DNA of 64,000 nucleotides. Source: Aminipila terrae (GTDB lineage Bacteria > Bacillota > Clostridia > Peptostreptococcales > Anaerovoracaceae). The notes under the pieces are model-generated. The model was not told the origin of the DNA. It saw only the letters and a list, made by a program, of their open reading frames with translations, and did not search any database. Shown here piece by piece: positions 11,557 through 21,366 of the stretch (positions within the stretch are counted from its first letter, which is position 1; each line of letters opens with the position of its first letter). A program made the position numbers and the translations under genes. The stretch spans positions 2,586,303-2,650,302 of the forward strand of contig NZ_CP047591.1 of NCBI RefSeq assembly GCF_010120715.1, written 5' to 3'.

Positions 11557-12489
11557 ATGAGTGCAAATGTAGAAAGTATGTTTTATGTAGGAAGGACGGC
11601 TCCATGGCACGGACTTGGAGTCAGTGTAGAAGAGGCTTTAGATTCAAAGAAAGCAATAAAAATGGCAGGTCTTGACTGGACGGTAAGGCAGGAAGAAATA
11701 ATGACTGCAGATTTTAAGGACATATCTGGGTTTAAGGCAAATGTGAGGTCTGACAATGGAAGTATCTTAGGAGTAGTATCTGACAGATACAAGGTGGTTC
11801 AAAATGAAAAAGCTTTCAGCTTTACTGACAGCCTTATTGGAAACGGTGTAACTTATGAGACTGCCGGAAGTTTAAATGATGGTAAAAGGATTTGGCTCTT
11901 AGCAAAATTGCCTGAGAAATATACTCTGGCAGATGAAGCAGTAGAGCCATTTTTAGTGTTTTCAAACAGCCATGATGGAACAGGAGCAATTAAAGTTGCT
12001 ATGACACCCGTAAGAGTTGTATGCCAGAACACTTTAAATCTTGCATTAGATAATGCAAAACGTATTTGGTCAACAATTCACATGGGAGACATGAAAAATA
12101 AGCTGGAAGATGCAAGAAATACCCTGCTTATGGCAGACAGGTATATGATGGCACTTCAGGATAGGTCAGAAAACTTAAGTCTAATAAAATTAACAGATAA
12201 AAAGGTAATACAGAACATTGAAGAGCTTATTAAAATGCCTGATAATCCAACTGAACTGCAGAAAAACAATGTAACCAGAATGAGAAGTGACATAACACAT
12301 AGATATTTTGAAGCGCCAGATTTAAAGGTATTACCTAAAAATGCATGGCGCTTTATTAATGCTATATCAGATTTTGCAACACATGCTGAGCCACTTAGAA
12401 AAACATCAAATTATACTGAGAATCTATTTGCAAAGACAATAGATGGACACCCACTGATAGACAGAGCCGTTCAGATGGTAGCAGCATGA
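11557..12489 (+). CDS. DUF932 / TIGR03299 phage-plasmid-like protein
   Basis: RBS gaaaggag upstream. N-terminus MSANVESMFYVGRTAPWHGLG is the signature start of DUF932 proteins found in ICEs and phages. Confidence 0.7.
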   Translation: MSANVESMFYVGRTAPWHGLGVSVEEALDSKKAIKMAGLDWTVRQEEIMTADFKDISGFKANVRSDNGSILGVVSDRYKVVQNEKAFSFTDSLIGNGVTYETAGSLNDGKRIWLLAKLPEKYTLADEAVEPFLVFSNSHDGTGAIKVAMTPVRVVCQNTLNLALDNAKRIWSTIHMGDMKNKLEDARNTLLMADRYMMALQDRSENLSLIKLTDKKVIQNIEELIKMPDNPTELQKNNVTRMRSDITHRYFEAPDLKVLPKNAWRFINAISDFATHAEPLRKTSNYTENLFAKTIDGHPLIDRAVQMVAA

Positions 12490-12659
12490 GAAAAGAGTAT
12501 AAGGTGCGCATAACAGAAACTCTTTCAAGAACTGTAACTGTAAAAGCTGAAAGTAGTGAAGATGCTTATAAAATAGTAAAACAAAAGTATGATAAATCAG
12601 TGATTATTCTTGATTCAGGTGATTATGTGGAAACTGAAATTGATGTTTTAATTAGGTAG
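12486..12659 (+). CDS. DpnD/PcfM-like small protein (57 aa)
   Basis: Below the ORF-track cutoff. ATGA start/stop overlap with the DUF932 gene. Short acidic/basic protein (MRKEYKVRITETLSRTVTVKAESSEDAYKIVKQKYDKS...) in the usual position after DUF932. Confidence 0.45.
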   Translation: MRKEYKVRITETLSRTVTVKAESSEDAYKIVKQKYDKSVIILDSGDYVETEIDVLIR

Positions 12660-12671
12660 GAGAAAAACAAA

Positions 12672-13604
12672 ATGAATAAGATAAAACTAGAAGAAAATAT
12701 GCCACGAGATAAATGGCTGGCACTTAGAAGAAGAGGCATCGGAGGTTCCGATGCCTCTGTTGTTTGTGGAATCAATAAGTATAAATCAGTAGTTGAACTT
12801 TGGATGGATAAAACGGAGCAGCTTCCATTTGAAGAAGGAGATTCAGAAGCAGCATACTGGGGACATACTTTGGAATCAGTTGTAAGAGAAGAATTCTCCA
12901 AAAGGTCAGGACTTACAGTCAACACCGTTCCGTGTATGTATCAACATGAAGAGCATCGTTTTATGCTCGCTAACCTTGATGGTGAAGTCTACGATCCGAA
13001 ATACGGAACCTGTGTATTTGAAGCAAAGACAGCAAGTGCATTTAAACATGCTGAGTGGAATGTTGAAATACCTGAAGAATATTACCTGCAAGTACAGCAT
13101 TACATGGCAGTAACAGGATATAAAGGTGCATATATAGCAGCACTAATAGGCGGCAATCAGTTTGTATGGAAGTTTATTGAGCGTGATGATGAAGTCATAA
13201 ATCTGCTTATAAGGCTTGAAGGCGCATTCTGGAATTATGTTAAAACTAAGCAAGTGCCGCCTATTGACGGAAGCAAAGCTTCAACAGCACTTCTTGATAA
13301 AATATATCCAAGAGCAGTACAAGATAAAGAGCTTGAACTTGGAGAAGAAGGCCTTGTATATATTGAACAGTACCTTGAAGCACAGGAGCAAGAGAAGAGA
13401 ATAAAAGAAATAAAAGATTTAGCAGGAAATAAACTTAAGGAAATGCTTGGAGATAGTGAAATAGGAATTGTAGGCGAAAGAAAGGTAGTTTGGAGCAATA
13501 TTAGTTCTGCCAGATTTAATGATAAATCTTTTAAAGAAAAAGAGCCGGAAAAATATAATCAGTATATTAAGCAGATCGAATATAGAAAACTGGCGGTAAA
13601 ATAG
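12672..13604 (+). CDS. YqaJ-like viral recombinase domain exonuclease (lambda-Exo type)
   Basis: N-terminal W..RR.GIGGSDASVVCGINKYKS..ELW motif of YqaJ/phage alkaline exonuclease. Confidence 0.75.
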   Translation: MNKIKLEENMPRDKWLALRRRGIGGSDASVVCGINKYKSVVELWMDKTEQLPFEEGDSEAAYWGHTLESVVREEFSKRSGLTVNTVPCMYQHEEHRFMLANLDGEVYDPKYGTCVFEAKTASAFKHAEWNVEIPEEYYLQVQHYMAVTGYKGAYIAALIGGNQFVWKFIERDDEVINLLIRLEGAFWNYVKTKQVPPIDGSKASTALLDKIYPRAVQDKELELGEEGLVYIEQYLEAQEQEKRIKEIKDLAGNKLKEMLGDSEIGIVGERKVVWSNISSARFNDKSFKEKEPEKYNQYIKQIEYRKLAVK

Positions 13605-13613
13605 GAGATGAAA

Positions 13614-14438
13614 ATGGAATCAGTTAAAGAAAAATTAAGTGACAAAGTCATAAGCCTTAATGAGCAAATCCCAGATAACCCATGTGGTCAAGAAATGAAG
13701 TCATACCAAGAAAACGGTATGGCTTTTTCTTTGCATGAAGTCAAGCAAAGACTGGAAATGCTGCAAAACTTTATATCGGAAATAATGGTTGAGGGAACAG
13801 ATTACGGATATCTTCCTAAGACAGATAAAAAGTGCTTGTTTAAATCGGGAGCAGAAAAACTTTGTGATGTTTTTGGACTTTCTAAAAGAATCGAAATTGT
13901 AAGCAGAATGGAGGACTTTGATAAAGGTATATTTCATTATGAAGTTAAAGCCATAGTAATTGATAAAAAGACGGGTGTTATTGAAGCAGAGGGAGTCGGT
14001 TCCTGTAACAGCATGGAAAAGAAGTATAGAAGTCAGGATGCATATAACCTTACAAATACAATCCTAAAGATGGCAAAGAAAAGAGCCTTTGTAGATGCAG
14101 TCCTTTCAGCAACAAGGAGTAGTGATATATTTACTCAAGATGTTGAGGACAATCTTTTAGGAGATGGAGCTGAAGGAAAACCCAGAAATATGAAGGATAA
14201 AAGTCGTGATAAGAAGAATACAGTGCAAGATCAAAATGGAAAAGCGGGCAAAGAAGAGTCAGCAAGCAATAAGCAACTTTCATATATTTATACAATTCTT
14301 TCCGATTCAAGAATACCTGTAGAAACGGCCAGAAGTGACATGGAAAAAATGTATGGGGTAACTGAAAGCAGAAATTTAAGCAAGAAACAGGCAAGTGAGT
14401 TTATTGAATATCTGAAGAACTATAAAAAGGCAGGTTAG
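13614..14438 (+). CDS. RecT-like single-strand annealing protein (putative)
   Basis: Directly downstream of the YqaJ exonuclease. Region KSGAEKLCDVFGLSKRIEI resembles the conserved RecT core. Family assignment is unverified. Confidence 0.45.
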   Translation: MESVKEKLSDKVISLNEQIPDNPCGQEMKSYQENGMAFSLHEVKQRLEMLQNFISEIMVEGTDYGYLPKTDKKCLFKSGAEKLCDVFGLSKRIEIVSRMEDFDKGIFHYEVKAIVIDKKTGVIEAEGVGSCNSMEKKYRSQDAYNLTNTILKMAKKRAFVDAVLSATRSSDIFTQDVEDNLLGDGAEGKPRNMKDKSRDKKNTVQDQNGKAGKEESASNKQLSYIYTILSDSRIPVETARSDMEKMYGVTESRNLSKKQASEFIEYLKNYKKAG

Positions 14439-14444
14439 AAGAAT

Positions 14445-14900
14445 ATGAAGTGCAGTAAGAGAGTGGATGTTGTAAAAGTTCAGATTGTAAAAGAAACCTC
14501 AATAAAGTATATGGACAGAGTAATTAAAAGTCCTGATGAAGCAGGTAGTCTGATTAAAAACTTTATTGGAAAACCAGACAGAGAACAGTTTGGAGTAATG
14601 TGTATTGATACAAAAGGTCAGCCAACCAATATCAGTATAGTTGCAGTTGGTGATTTAAACTGTACTATCGTGCATCCGAGGGAAGTATTTAAGACTGCAA
14701 TTTTGAGTAACGCAGCTTCTGTAATTCTTTTTCATAATCATCCATCCGGAATAGAATCACCTTCAATGGAAGATAAGAATATTACAAAAAGGTTATGTGA
14801 TGCTGGTCTGATACTTGGAATAAAAGTGTTAGACCATGTTATTCTTGGAGACATGAAAACCTTTAGTTTTAAAAACAATGGTCTAGTATTGGAGGAATAA
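14445..14900 (+). CDS. radC: RadC-family JAB/MPN domain protein
   Basis: HNHPSG....PS..D JAMM motif (ILFHNHPSGIESPSMEDKNIT). Confidence 0.8.
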   Translation: MKCSKRVDVVKVQIVKETSIKYMDRVIKSPDEAGSLIKNFIGKPDREQFGVMCIDTKGQPTNISIVAVGDLNCTIVHPREVFKTAILSNAASVILFHNHPSGIESPSMEDKNITKRLCDAGLILGIKVLDHVILGDMKTFSFKNNGLVLEE

Positions 14901-14902
14901 AT

Positions 14903-15208
14903 ATGTTGCTGATAAACCTGGAAAAAGAAAGGGAAAGAAGTACAGATGAATTAATTCCATATCCCTTGGGAGCATTATGTTTTGTATTAGACTGTTTAAA
15001 TGAAGGGGAGAGTATGGAAACGGCAATAGAAAGCTTAAAGAAGTATAAGCTTGCAGAATCAAGTATGAAACTTGTAGTAGAGAATAAACAACTACTTCTA
15101 TTCTTAAAACAGAGACATTCGGAATTTAAGGACATTAGAGATGTAATGAAAATACTTTATATGATGGTATTTAAGAGTTTGCCTGAAAATATGAAAAAGG
15201 CAGTTTAA
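14903..15208 (+). CDS. hypothetical protein (101 aa)
   Basis: Intact ORF packed tightly into the operon. Confidence 0.4.
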   Translation: MLLINLEKERERSTDELIPYPLGALCFVLDCLNEGESMETAIESLKKYKLAESSMKLVVENKQLLLFLKQRHSEFKDIRDVMKILYMMVFKSLPENMKKAV

Positions 15209-15230
15209 CTAATTATGGAGGAAAAAACAA

Positions 15231-16136
15231 ATGGATAATCTAAATATGGAAAGTTTTAAAAATCAGCTTATATCAGAAGTATCAAAGCTTATGGGTGATG
15301 GCTTTAACGTAGACCTTAAAAATATAAAAAAGAATAATGGTTTAACCCTAGAAGCTTTAAATATAGTTGAAAAAGGCAGTAATGTGGGTCCACTATTTTA
15401 TCTAAATGGTTATGATGAAAAGTATAAAGATAGAACAGTGGAAGAAATAGCTAAAGACATTATAGGCAAATATATGGGAAGTAAAAATATAAGTTTTACT
15501 TTAGGAAGCTTTATGGAGTTTAACAATGTAAAGGACAAGATTACCTTTAAGTTAATTAATGCTGAAATGAATAAAGAACTGCTAAAGAATGTGCCACATT
15601 CAGATTATCTGGATTTGACACTAGTGTACCAGGTGCAGCTTGATATCAAAGACGATGGCAACCCTACTATATTAGTTAGCAATACTCTTTTAGAAAGCTG
15701 GAAAATATCAAAAGGTAAATTACATGAATATGCAGAACAAAATACCTCAAAGCTTTTACCATATGAAATACAAAGCATGGAAGACTTAATAGGGGAAATG
15801 GTAGGAATGCTAGAAGAAGATGTACAAGCTCTAAAGGACGAAAACAGTAATGTCATGTATGTACTTACCAATAAAAAGAAGATAAATGGAGCAGCGTGTC
15901 TTTTGTATGACGATGTACTTAAAAATTTTGCTGAAAAGCATAATTGTGACTTTTATATGCTCCCATCTTCAACTCATGAAGTCTTGCTTATTCCTGATAA
16001 TAATTTAGTAAATTCTAAGGAATTGCAGGCAATGGTGAAGGAAGTTAATGCGACAGAAGTAGCACCCGATGAAGTGCTTTCTAATAATGTATATTATTAC
16101 AGCAGAAAAACTAGTGAGCTGAGTTTAGTCAACTAA
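15231..16136 (+). CDS. hypothetical protein (301 aa), mobile-element associated
   Basis: RBS ggaggaaaa upstream. No motif recognised. Confidence 0.45.
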   Translation: MDNLNMESFKNQLISEVSKLMGDGFNVDLKNIKKNNGLTLEALNIVEKGSNVGPLFYLNGYDEKYKDRTVEEIAKDIIGKYMGSKNISFTLGSFMEFNNVKDKITFKLINAEMNKELLKNVPHSDYLDLTLVYQVQLDIKDDGNPTILVSNTLLESWKISKGKLHEYAEQNTSKLLPYEIQSMEDLIGEMVGMLEEDVQALKDENSNVMYVLTNKKKINGAACLLYDDVLKNFAEKHNCDFYMLPSSTHEVLLIPDNNLVNSKELQAMVKEVNATEVAPDEVLSNNVYYYSRKTSELSLVN

Positions 16137-16294
16137 TGCTACAAATAAAAGAGTATATTTTCTTAGACGTTAAAATAGTGAATTATTCCATGAATAATTC
16201 ACTATTTTGTCTCTTAGACTCTTCACAAGAAAAAAGTTAAACTATGAAAATAATCTATTTTCATGGAGGTGATAGCATTAAAGGTAAGCTAAGA

Positions 16295-16548
16295 ATGGAA
16301 TGTTTAAATGATATTTATAAAGAATTGGCTTCCCTGGTGGGAATAGAGAATATGGAAAAAATCTATGAACATTATAGGGGCAGGAGCTAAACTTCCCATC
16401 AAAAATATACAGTAAGGAATACATACGAATCGTAATTAAGGAAGAGTATGATGGCACAAACACAAAAGATATAGCAAGAAAAACTGGATATTCAGAAAGA
16501 TGGATTAAAAAACTTATTAAAGAATGTGAGAAAGATAGACTTAAATAG
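16295..16548 (+). CDS. Mor-family transcriptional activator. Split by a -1 frameshift in a G4 run at 16377-16380.
   Basis: With one G added it reads ...EHYRGQELNFPSKIYSKEYIRIVIKEEYDGTNTKDIARKTGYSERWIKKLIKE, matching the Mor GG.elyiPk and C-terminal HTH pattern. Confidence 0.5.
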
Positions 16549-16774
16549 CAAAGTGCATAAAAAATTTATTTTATACTTATTTTTCGTGAACCCAAAAATG
16601 TGTCCGTTATAGTGAGTAGAATATATACATGTTTAAGGAAGTAGAAGAATGTTAGGAATAGTAGCTTACAGAAATGAATGTTAAGAATGATAGAATAGAA
16701 AACCTTATAAAAATTGTCATAGAGATATGTTCATCTTCGCAAGGAAAATAAAAGAATTTAAGGAGGATAAAGAA

Positions 16775-17371
16775 ATGTTAAATCAATTTATGGTGTGCAT
16801 GGTTGTATTAATGTTACCATTCGGAAATGTAACTGACAAAGGTGGAAACAATGTGGTTATTCATGACTGTCAAGCCCCAGCTATATATTGTCAATATATG
16901 GACACTTATCTGGACAATGTCTATGATCCGTATGACGTTCCAAAGAGAACAACCGGTGCCATGGAATTAATGGCTGAGTATTACCCTGATTGGGAAGCTA
17001 GCTATCAATTCAATGAGTTTGATTGTACTGAGATGTCAGCATATCTATCATATTATCTAAAGGCTTGTGGCATTCCTAATACTATTGTTGTAGGTACTGC
17101 TGCTAATGGTGAATCTCATTCTTGGATTGAAGTACCATATAAAACAGCATATGGTACTACTAGTAAACTTATAGTTGAATCTACTACATTTGATGTATTG
17201 AATCCATCTGATACTACAGTAAATCAGTTCTATTCGAAGTATAAGAAATTTAATTTAAAGGAACTAAAGAGTACTGAATTGGATTGGTGGAATTCAAAAT
17301 ATTTCCTTAATAAGTATTTAGACCTTAGAACGGACTTTACTTATATGAATTTTATGGATGAGACCGAATAA
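16775..17371 (+). CDS. transglutaminase-like / papain-like cysteine peptidase (putative)
   Basis: Start moved to ATG 16775 after the RBS aaggagga. Has a Cys...His arrangement (FDCTEMSAYLSYYLKACG ... GESHSWIEV). Confidence 0.4.
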   Translation: MLNQFMVCMVVLMLPFGNVTDKGGNNVVIHDCQAPAIYCQYMDTYLDNVYDPYDVPKRTTGAMELMAEYYPDWEASYQFNEFDCTEMSAYLSYYLKACGIPNTIVVGTAANGESHSWIEVPYKTAYGTTSKLIVESTTFDVLNPSDTTVNQFYSKYKKFNLKELKSTELDWWNSKYFLNKYLDLRTDFTYMNFMDETE

Positions 17372-17377
17372 GCCAGT

Positions 17378-17411
17378 AAAAATATAGTGCACAAAAATGC
17401 ACTATATTTTT
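17378..17411 (+). terminator. rho-independent terminator (aaaatatagtgcac...gtgcactatatttt)
   Basis: 14-bp stem plus T-run immediately after the CDS. Confidence 0.65.
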
Positions 17412-17569
17412 GGTATATAGAAAATGACGCGTTGGACGCGTAGCTCCGTAATAAGAAAATTTAATTTATATAGGGAAACAGGGTATTTAAGATATAATGA
17501 AGCCCAAATATTGAGACTTGCCCATTTTCATAAGTAAAATAAAAACATTTCAGGAATGAGGATATTCTA

Positions 17570-18859
17570 ATGGTAAAATTTATATTTTATAAAAGCTTAT
17601 CAAAAAAAATGAAAAGCATAGCGTTTAAGAAAAATATTGTCATAGTATTTATTATTACTAGTATAATATGTAGTTGCTTAACTGCTTGTTCACCATCTAG
17701 TCAAGACATTGATGGATTTTTATATAAAAGTGATTATCATCTATACAAAGATTACTATGATTCTTTAGATTTAAGCGGGAAGATATATATGATGGATCAA
17801 TGCGAAAAGAAAATCATAGATGAAATTAAAAAAAATAAAGAATCATTATTAAATAAAGATTATGATTATGCTCAAAATTCTTTAAGTTACGTTTTAAAAA
17901 TATTATCAGATTTTGATTATGAAGAGGATTCTCGAATGGGAAAACTTTGTAAAAATGCTTTGGAATTTAGGGCGACATATAAAAAATTAGAGGATACAAA
18001 TTATTTTAAACTTCAAGATGCATTAGTTCAAAGTATATATATATCTGATAGGATAAAGTCTCAAGATGAAAAGTCTTATCTTGATGAATACTATAGTACA
18101 AGTTATGATTACAATGAATTTGGTATTTATTCTACAGAGGATTGGGAAGGGGTTATTGAAAGTAGTGAACCACTAAAAAAAGGAGCCATGGAGGAAGTTT
18201 ATCTTAAAAAAAACGGACAAACGTCAGTTATTGATGATTCTGGATTTGAATCCACTTATAATAAGTATGAAATTATACCCGAAGAAGAAGTTAATACATA
18301 TCTTTCATCATCTCAAGAAATAGAGAAGCTAACCAGTGAGTTAGATAACTATATGTCAAAATTTTTATTGATTTCAAAGGTGATTACAATACCGTCTGAT
18401 ACGAATACTTCCAATAAGGCTAAAGAAAATGAACTTATTAATTCCAATAGTACTAAAGAAGATAGTAACACTGATTATGGTGAAGAAGAGAGTTATATAC
18501 AAGGGTGGGACGATGATATTAAACGGATAGAAGACAATATGGGTGATAAGACATTTGTAGTATCTGATGTTATAATGGCAGATCCTTATAGTGCTGGATC
18601 AATAAGTACAAGTAATGAACTTTCTTTTGAGCTATTGGTATATAGAAACTTAGATAGTGACTCTTTATATTTTGTAAGTTCTTTAAATGGTGAAGATGTT
18701 TTCTTCGTCAAATCATTTACATATACGGGGGCAAATATATACGTAACGCTTGAAGATTTTAATGGAATAGAATCTAGTCTTATATTTGATACAGAAACCC
18801 AAGAGTGTACAATTACATCTGGTGGCACAACAGATACATATGTTGCCATAGGGTATTAG
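17570..18859 (+). CDS. lipoprotein of unknown function (429 aa)
   Basis: Signal peptide with lipobox IICSCLTAC|S. Acidic repeat-poor body. Confidence 0.6.
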   Translation: MVKFIFYKSLSKKMKSIAFKKNIVIVFIITSIICSCLTACSPSSQDIDGFLYKSDYHLYKDYYDSLDLSGKIYMMDQCEKKIIDEIKKNKESLLNKDYDYAQNSLSYVLKILSDFDYEEDSRMGKLCKNALEFRATYKKLEDTNYFKLQDALVQSIYISDRIKSQDEKSYLDEYYSTSYDYNEFGIYSTEDWEGVIESSEPLKKGAMEEVYLKKNGQTSVIDDSGFESTYNKYEIIPEEEVNTYLSSSQEIEKLTSELDNYMSKFLLISKVITIPSDTNTSNKAKENELINSNSTKEDSNTDYGEEESYIQGWDDDIKRIEDNMGDKTFVVSDVIMADPYSAGSISTSNELSFELLVYRNLDSDSLYFVSSLNGEDVFFVKSFTYTGANIYVTLEDFNGIESSLIFDTETQECTITSGGTTDTYVAIGY

Positions 18860-18875
18860 TATTAAAGAGGGAAAA

Positions 18876-19079
18876 TTGTTAAAATTTTATGAAGGGTATA
18901 AAGATAGTCAAGAATGTGTTACTTTAATAGTGGACCACTTTTTAGGTGATTTTTACTTGGAAAGGGTCCACTATTTATTTATACCTTCTTTTTTCTATCT
19001 AACTCCCAAAGAAATTATACAATTAGAAAATCCTGAGCTTAATAATAAATTTGGAAATTTTATTAAAACTGAAAATTAG
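18876..19079 (+). CDS. hypothetical small protein (67 aa, TTG start)
   Basis: ORF evidence only. Confidence 0.25.
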   Translation: MLKFYEGYKDSQECVTLIVDHFLGDFYLERVHYLFIPSFFYLTPKEIIQLENPELNNKFGNFIKTEN

Positions 19080-19533
19080 AGTTTACAACAATTGTACAAC
19101 TTCATGGTGACTTGCAACTATATAATGACTTTATTATAAATCAATCTCCAAAGGTATGGGGAATGATATTATATTTCAAATAGTGTGCTGTTATCCAAAT
19201 AAGTAGGATTTTTTATAGGCAAGGTAGAAAAAAGTTTAATAAATGTTGAATGCTGTCAAATTTTGTCGAATGTTGTGTGCAAAAACATAGTAGCATATGG
19301 TGAACATTGGAAATATGTAAGTTATAATAAAGATATTGAAACTAATAACTAGTAAAAGAATATGCTATTGGAGTAATAAAAATATATTAGAATCCCAAAA
19401 TGTGTCATCATCTTAAGTAAAATAGAATGAAGGAACATAAGTGGAGGAATTTTAATGAAAATGTAACAGATTTTACTTCCAACGGTTATAAATATTATGT
19501 ACGGATTTATTCATTAATGGAGAAAAAGTTTTA

Positions 19534-19626
19534 ATGGATGTAAAAGCTCAAGTTATAAATGGTTAAACAATGATTCCGCTTCGATTTGTGGCAGAGAATT
19601 TAGGAAGAATGGTAATTATTATAATA
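19534..19626 (+). pseudogene. relic of a copper-amine-oxidase-N-terminal-like (stalk) domain
   Basis: MDVKAQVING*TMIPLRFVAENLG matches the conserved A.VINGRTMVPLRFVAE.LG repeat but carries an in-frame TAA. Confidence 0.3.
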
Positions 19627-19691
19627 CAAAGAATCTTTTTTATCACTCTTTTATATTTGAATTATATTTTTGAAAGTATGGAGGTAGGAAA

Positions 19692-20369
19692 ATGGCTGTG
19701 AATAGCTTGCATTTTATGAAATTTCACATGAGTGAACCATGGTCCATAAAAGATTTATGTGAAAAGATTTTTAATTCATTAAGTGAAGAAGGGGAGAGGT
19801 TTATTTTAAATGAAGAGACAGCTTCAATCATTGATGGCTATTATGTAACTTATTTCTATGCCAAAGAAATGATTTATAATGAAGACATAAACTCTTTAGA
19901 GACTATTGTAGTTAAAAAAAGCCTAGTAATTCCTTTTTCTATTGACTTAAAAAATCAAATTATTGACGTTTGGAGTAGTAAGTCTAATGCAAATAAATTA
20001 GTTACTCAACTTGGAATTAGATTAGATCATAAAGTTAGCATAGAATCAATTGATATTAACCTTGAAAACATTGCCAATGATCTTCAAGGGAGGAATATAA
20101 AAATAGGAAGAATTAAAATCCAAAATTTTTTAATTGAAAAAGATATTGTCGCAAATTGTACATTTGACTTATCAAATCATAATAATCCAAGCAATACATT
20201 AAAGAAATATTCTAAGGATTTAGTTCAGATGGCGATTATAATATCTGAAGAACAAAATGAAGTAGTATCTATGATGATATATAAGAGTGGCAGTGTGGTA
20301 GTTTATAAATCAAAAGAAGAGATTTCATTGAAAACGTTAGAACTCGTTAGAAAAATTTGTGTAAGATAG
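19692..20369 (+). CDS. hypothetical protein A (225 aa), first gene of a compact operon of unknowns
   Basis: RBS ggaggtagg upstream. No motif. Extremely AT-rich. Confidence 0.5.
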   Translation: MAVNSLHFMKFHMSEPWSIKDLCEKIFNSLSEEGERFILNEETASIIDGYYVTYFYAKEMIYNEDINSLETIVVKKSLVIPFSIDLKNQIIDVWSSKSNANKLVTQLGIRLDHKVSIESIDINLENIANDLQGRNIKIGRIKIQNFLIEKDIVANCTFDLSNHNNPSNTLKKYSKDLVQMAIIISEEQNEVVSMMIYKSGSVVVYKSKEEISLKTLELVRKICVR

Positions 20370-20379
20370 GAGAAAATAT

Positions 20380-21329
20380 ATGGGCGAGCAGGCTAAAAAA
20401 ATAGGGGATAAATTGGAAGGATTCGGTGAGAAGATTTATGAACGGTTCAATTGGGAAGAACTAACTAGAGATCAGGAAATTAAATGCACGAAAAGTAGCC
20501 ATAGAACGGAAAAAGGAAATCCTAAAAAGACTCATGGGATAGATCTATACCATAAATGCTTAGATCCGTATAAAAACCAGTATATATCAATAATTACAGA
20601 ATGTAAGAATTATAAATGGGAAGCAATAAATCAAAAGAGTATACAAACGTGGTTTGAACAGCTTGAATGGACTATGGAGTGTGCCCAAAATGCGGAAGAG
20701 TTGCTAGAATATAATAAAAATGTGATGTACATAAAAACGGGATATTACTTATTCATGCGAATGATGGGAACTATGATGATCTTGCGTTTAGAGAATACTT
20801 AAGAAGTTTAAAATATAAAAATAAAAGAAATCCATTAAATATATTTGTTGCAGGAAATAAAGAAATTGAAAAATGGGATGCTATGTTTTCTTTCATTGAG
20901 TCTAAATTTAATAAAGAAAATAGCGAATTTAACTTTTACTATCCAAGCATAATGAATTCTAAGCTGATTCTGATGCCACAAATTTCATTAACTCATTTGT
21001 TTTCTAGTTTTGTTTTTGCAGAGTATAAAGAAGAAGTTACCATCACGGAACATGTTAGAAAGATTACAGAACTAAAAACTAAAAAAGTAGTATTTTCTTT
21101 TGATTCCTTGATAGATCAATCTTTTCCATATTTGTTTAGTATGTTTAAAGCTCTACAAATGGAAAATGCAGATGAATATATTTTTTGTTTTTTCCCAGAA
21201 ACACCAGAGGATGTAAATCTTGTTAATCAAAAATTTATTTTGTATGCAAAAGAAGAATTGTTTGATATTGATAAAATTAAAATTGAGTTTTTGAGGAATC
21301 CTAGAATATCACCAGTAAATAACATTTAA
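20380..21329 (+). CDS. hypothetical protein B with a possible PD-(D/E)xK nuclease-like motif. Split by a -1 frameshift in an A5 run at 20733-20737.
   Basis: ORFs 20380-20802 and 20883-21329 join into ~315 aa when one A is added (...YIKNGILLIHANDGNYDD...). HGIDLY ...(18)... ITECK fits a D-x(n)-E-x-K core. Confidence 0.45.
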
Positions 21330-21366
21330 TTCATAATTTATTATCAGTAAGGAGAGAAGAGGTATT

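Larger units (their letters stand above)
502..16650. mobile_element. integrative (probably mobilizable) element carrying a Type I R-M system; boundaries approximate
   Basis: int-xis at the left end, a Rep_trans protein, the DUF932-DpnD-YqaJ-RecT-RadC module and Mor. Low-GC composition. No clean att repeats found. Confidence 0.4.

Noticed and set aside
3249-11792. Numerous 60 to 100-aa antisense ORFs inside the rep, hsdM, hsdS and hsdR genes and elsewhere (e.g. 3249-3512, 4688-4876, 5844-6149, 9025-9264)
   Set aside because: They are embedded antisense in strongly supported genes and have low-complexity, AT-codon-driven sequences. Not reported as genes.
16591-19432. Short similarity between cccaaaaatgtgtc... 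at 16591 and cccaaaatgtgtc... at 19394, plus tagaata-like cores near 505 and 16615, as possible att repeats of the left element
   Set aside because: The matches are only 13 to 14 nt in AT-rich DNA. One lies inside a coding region. They are not convincing direct repeats.
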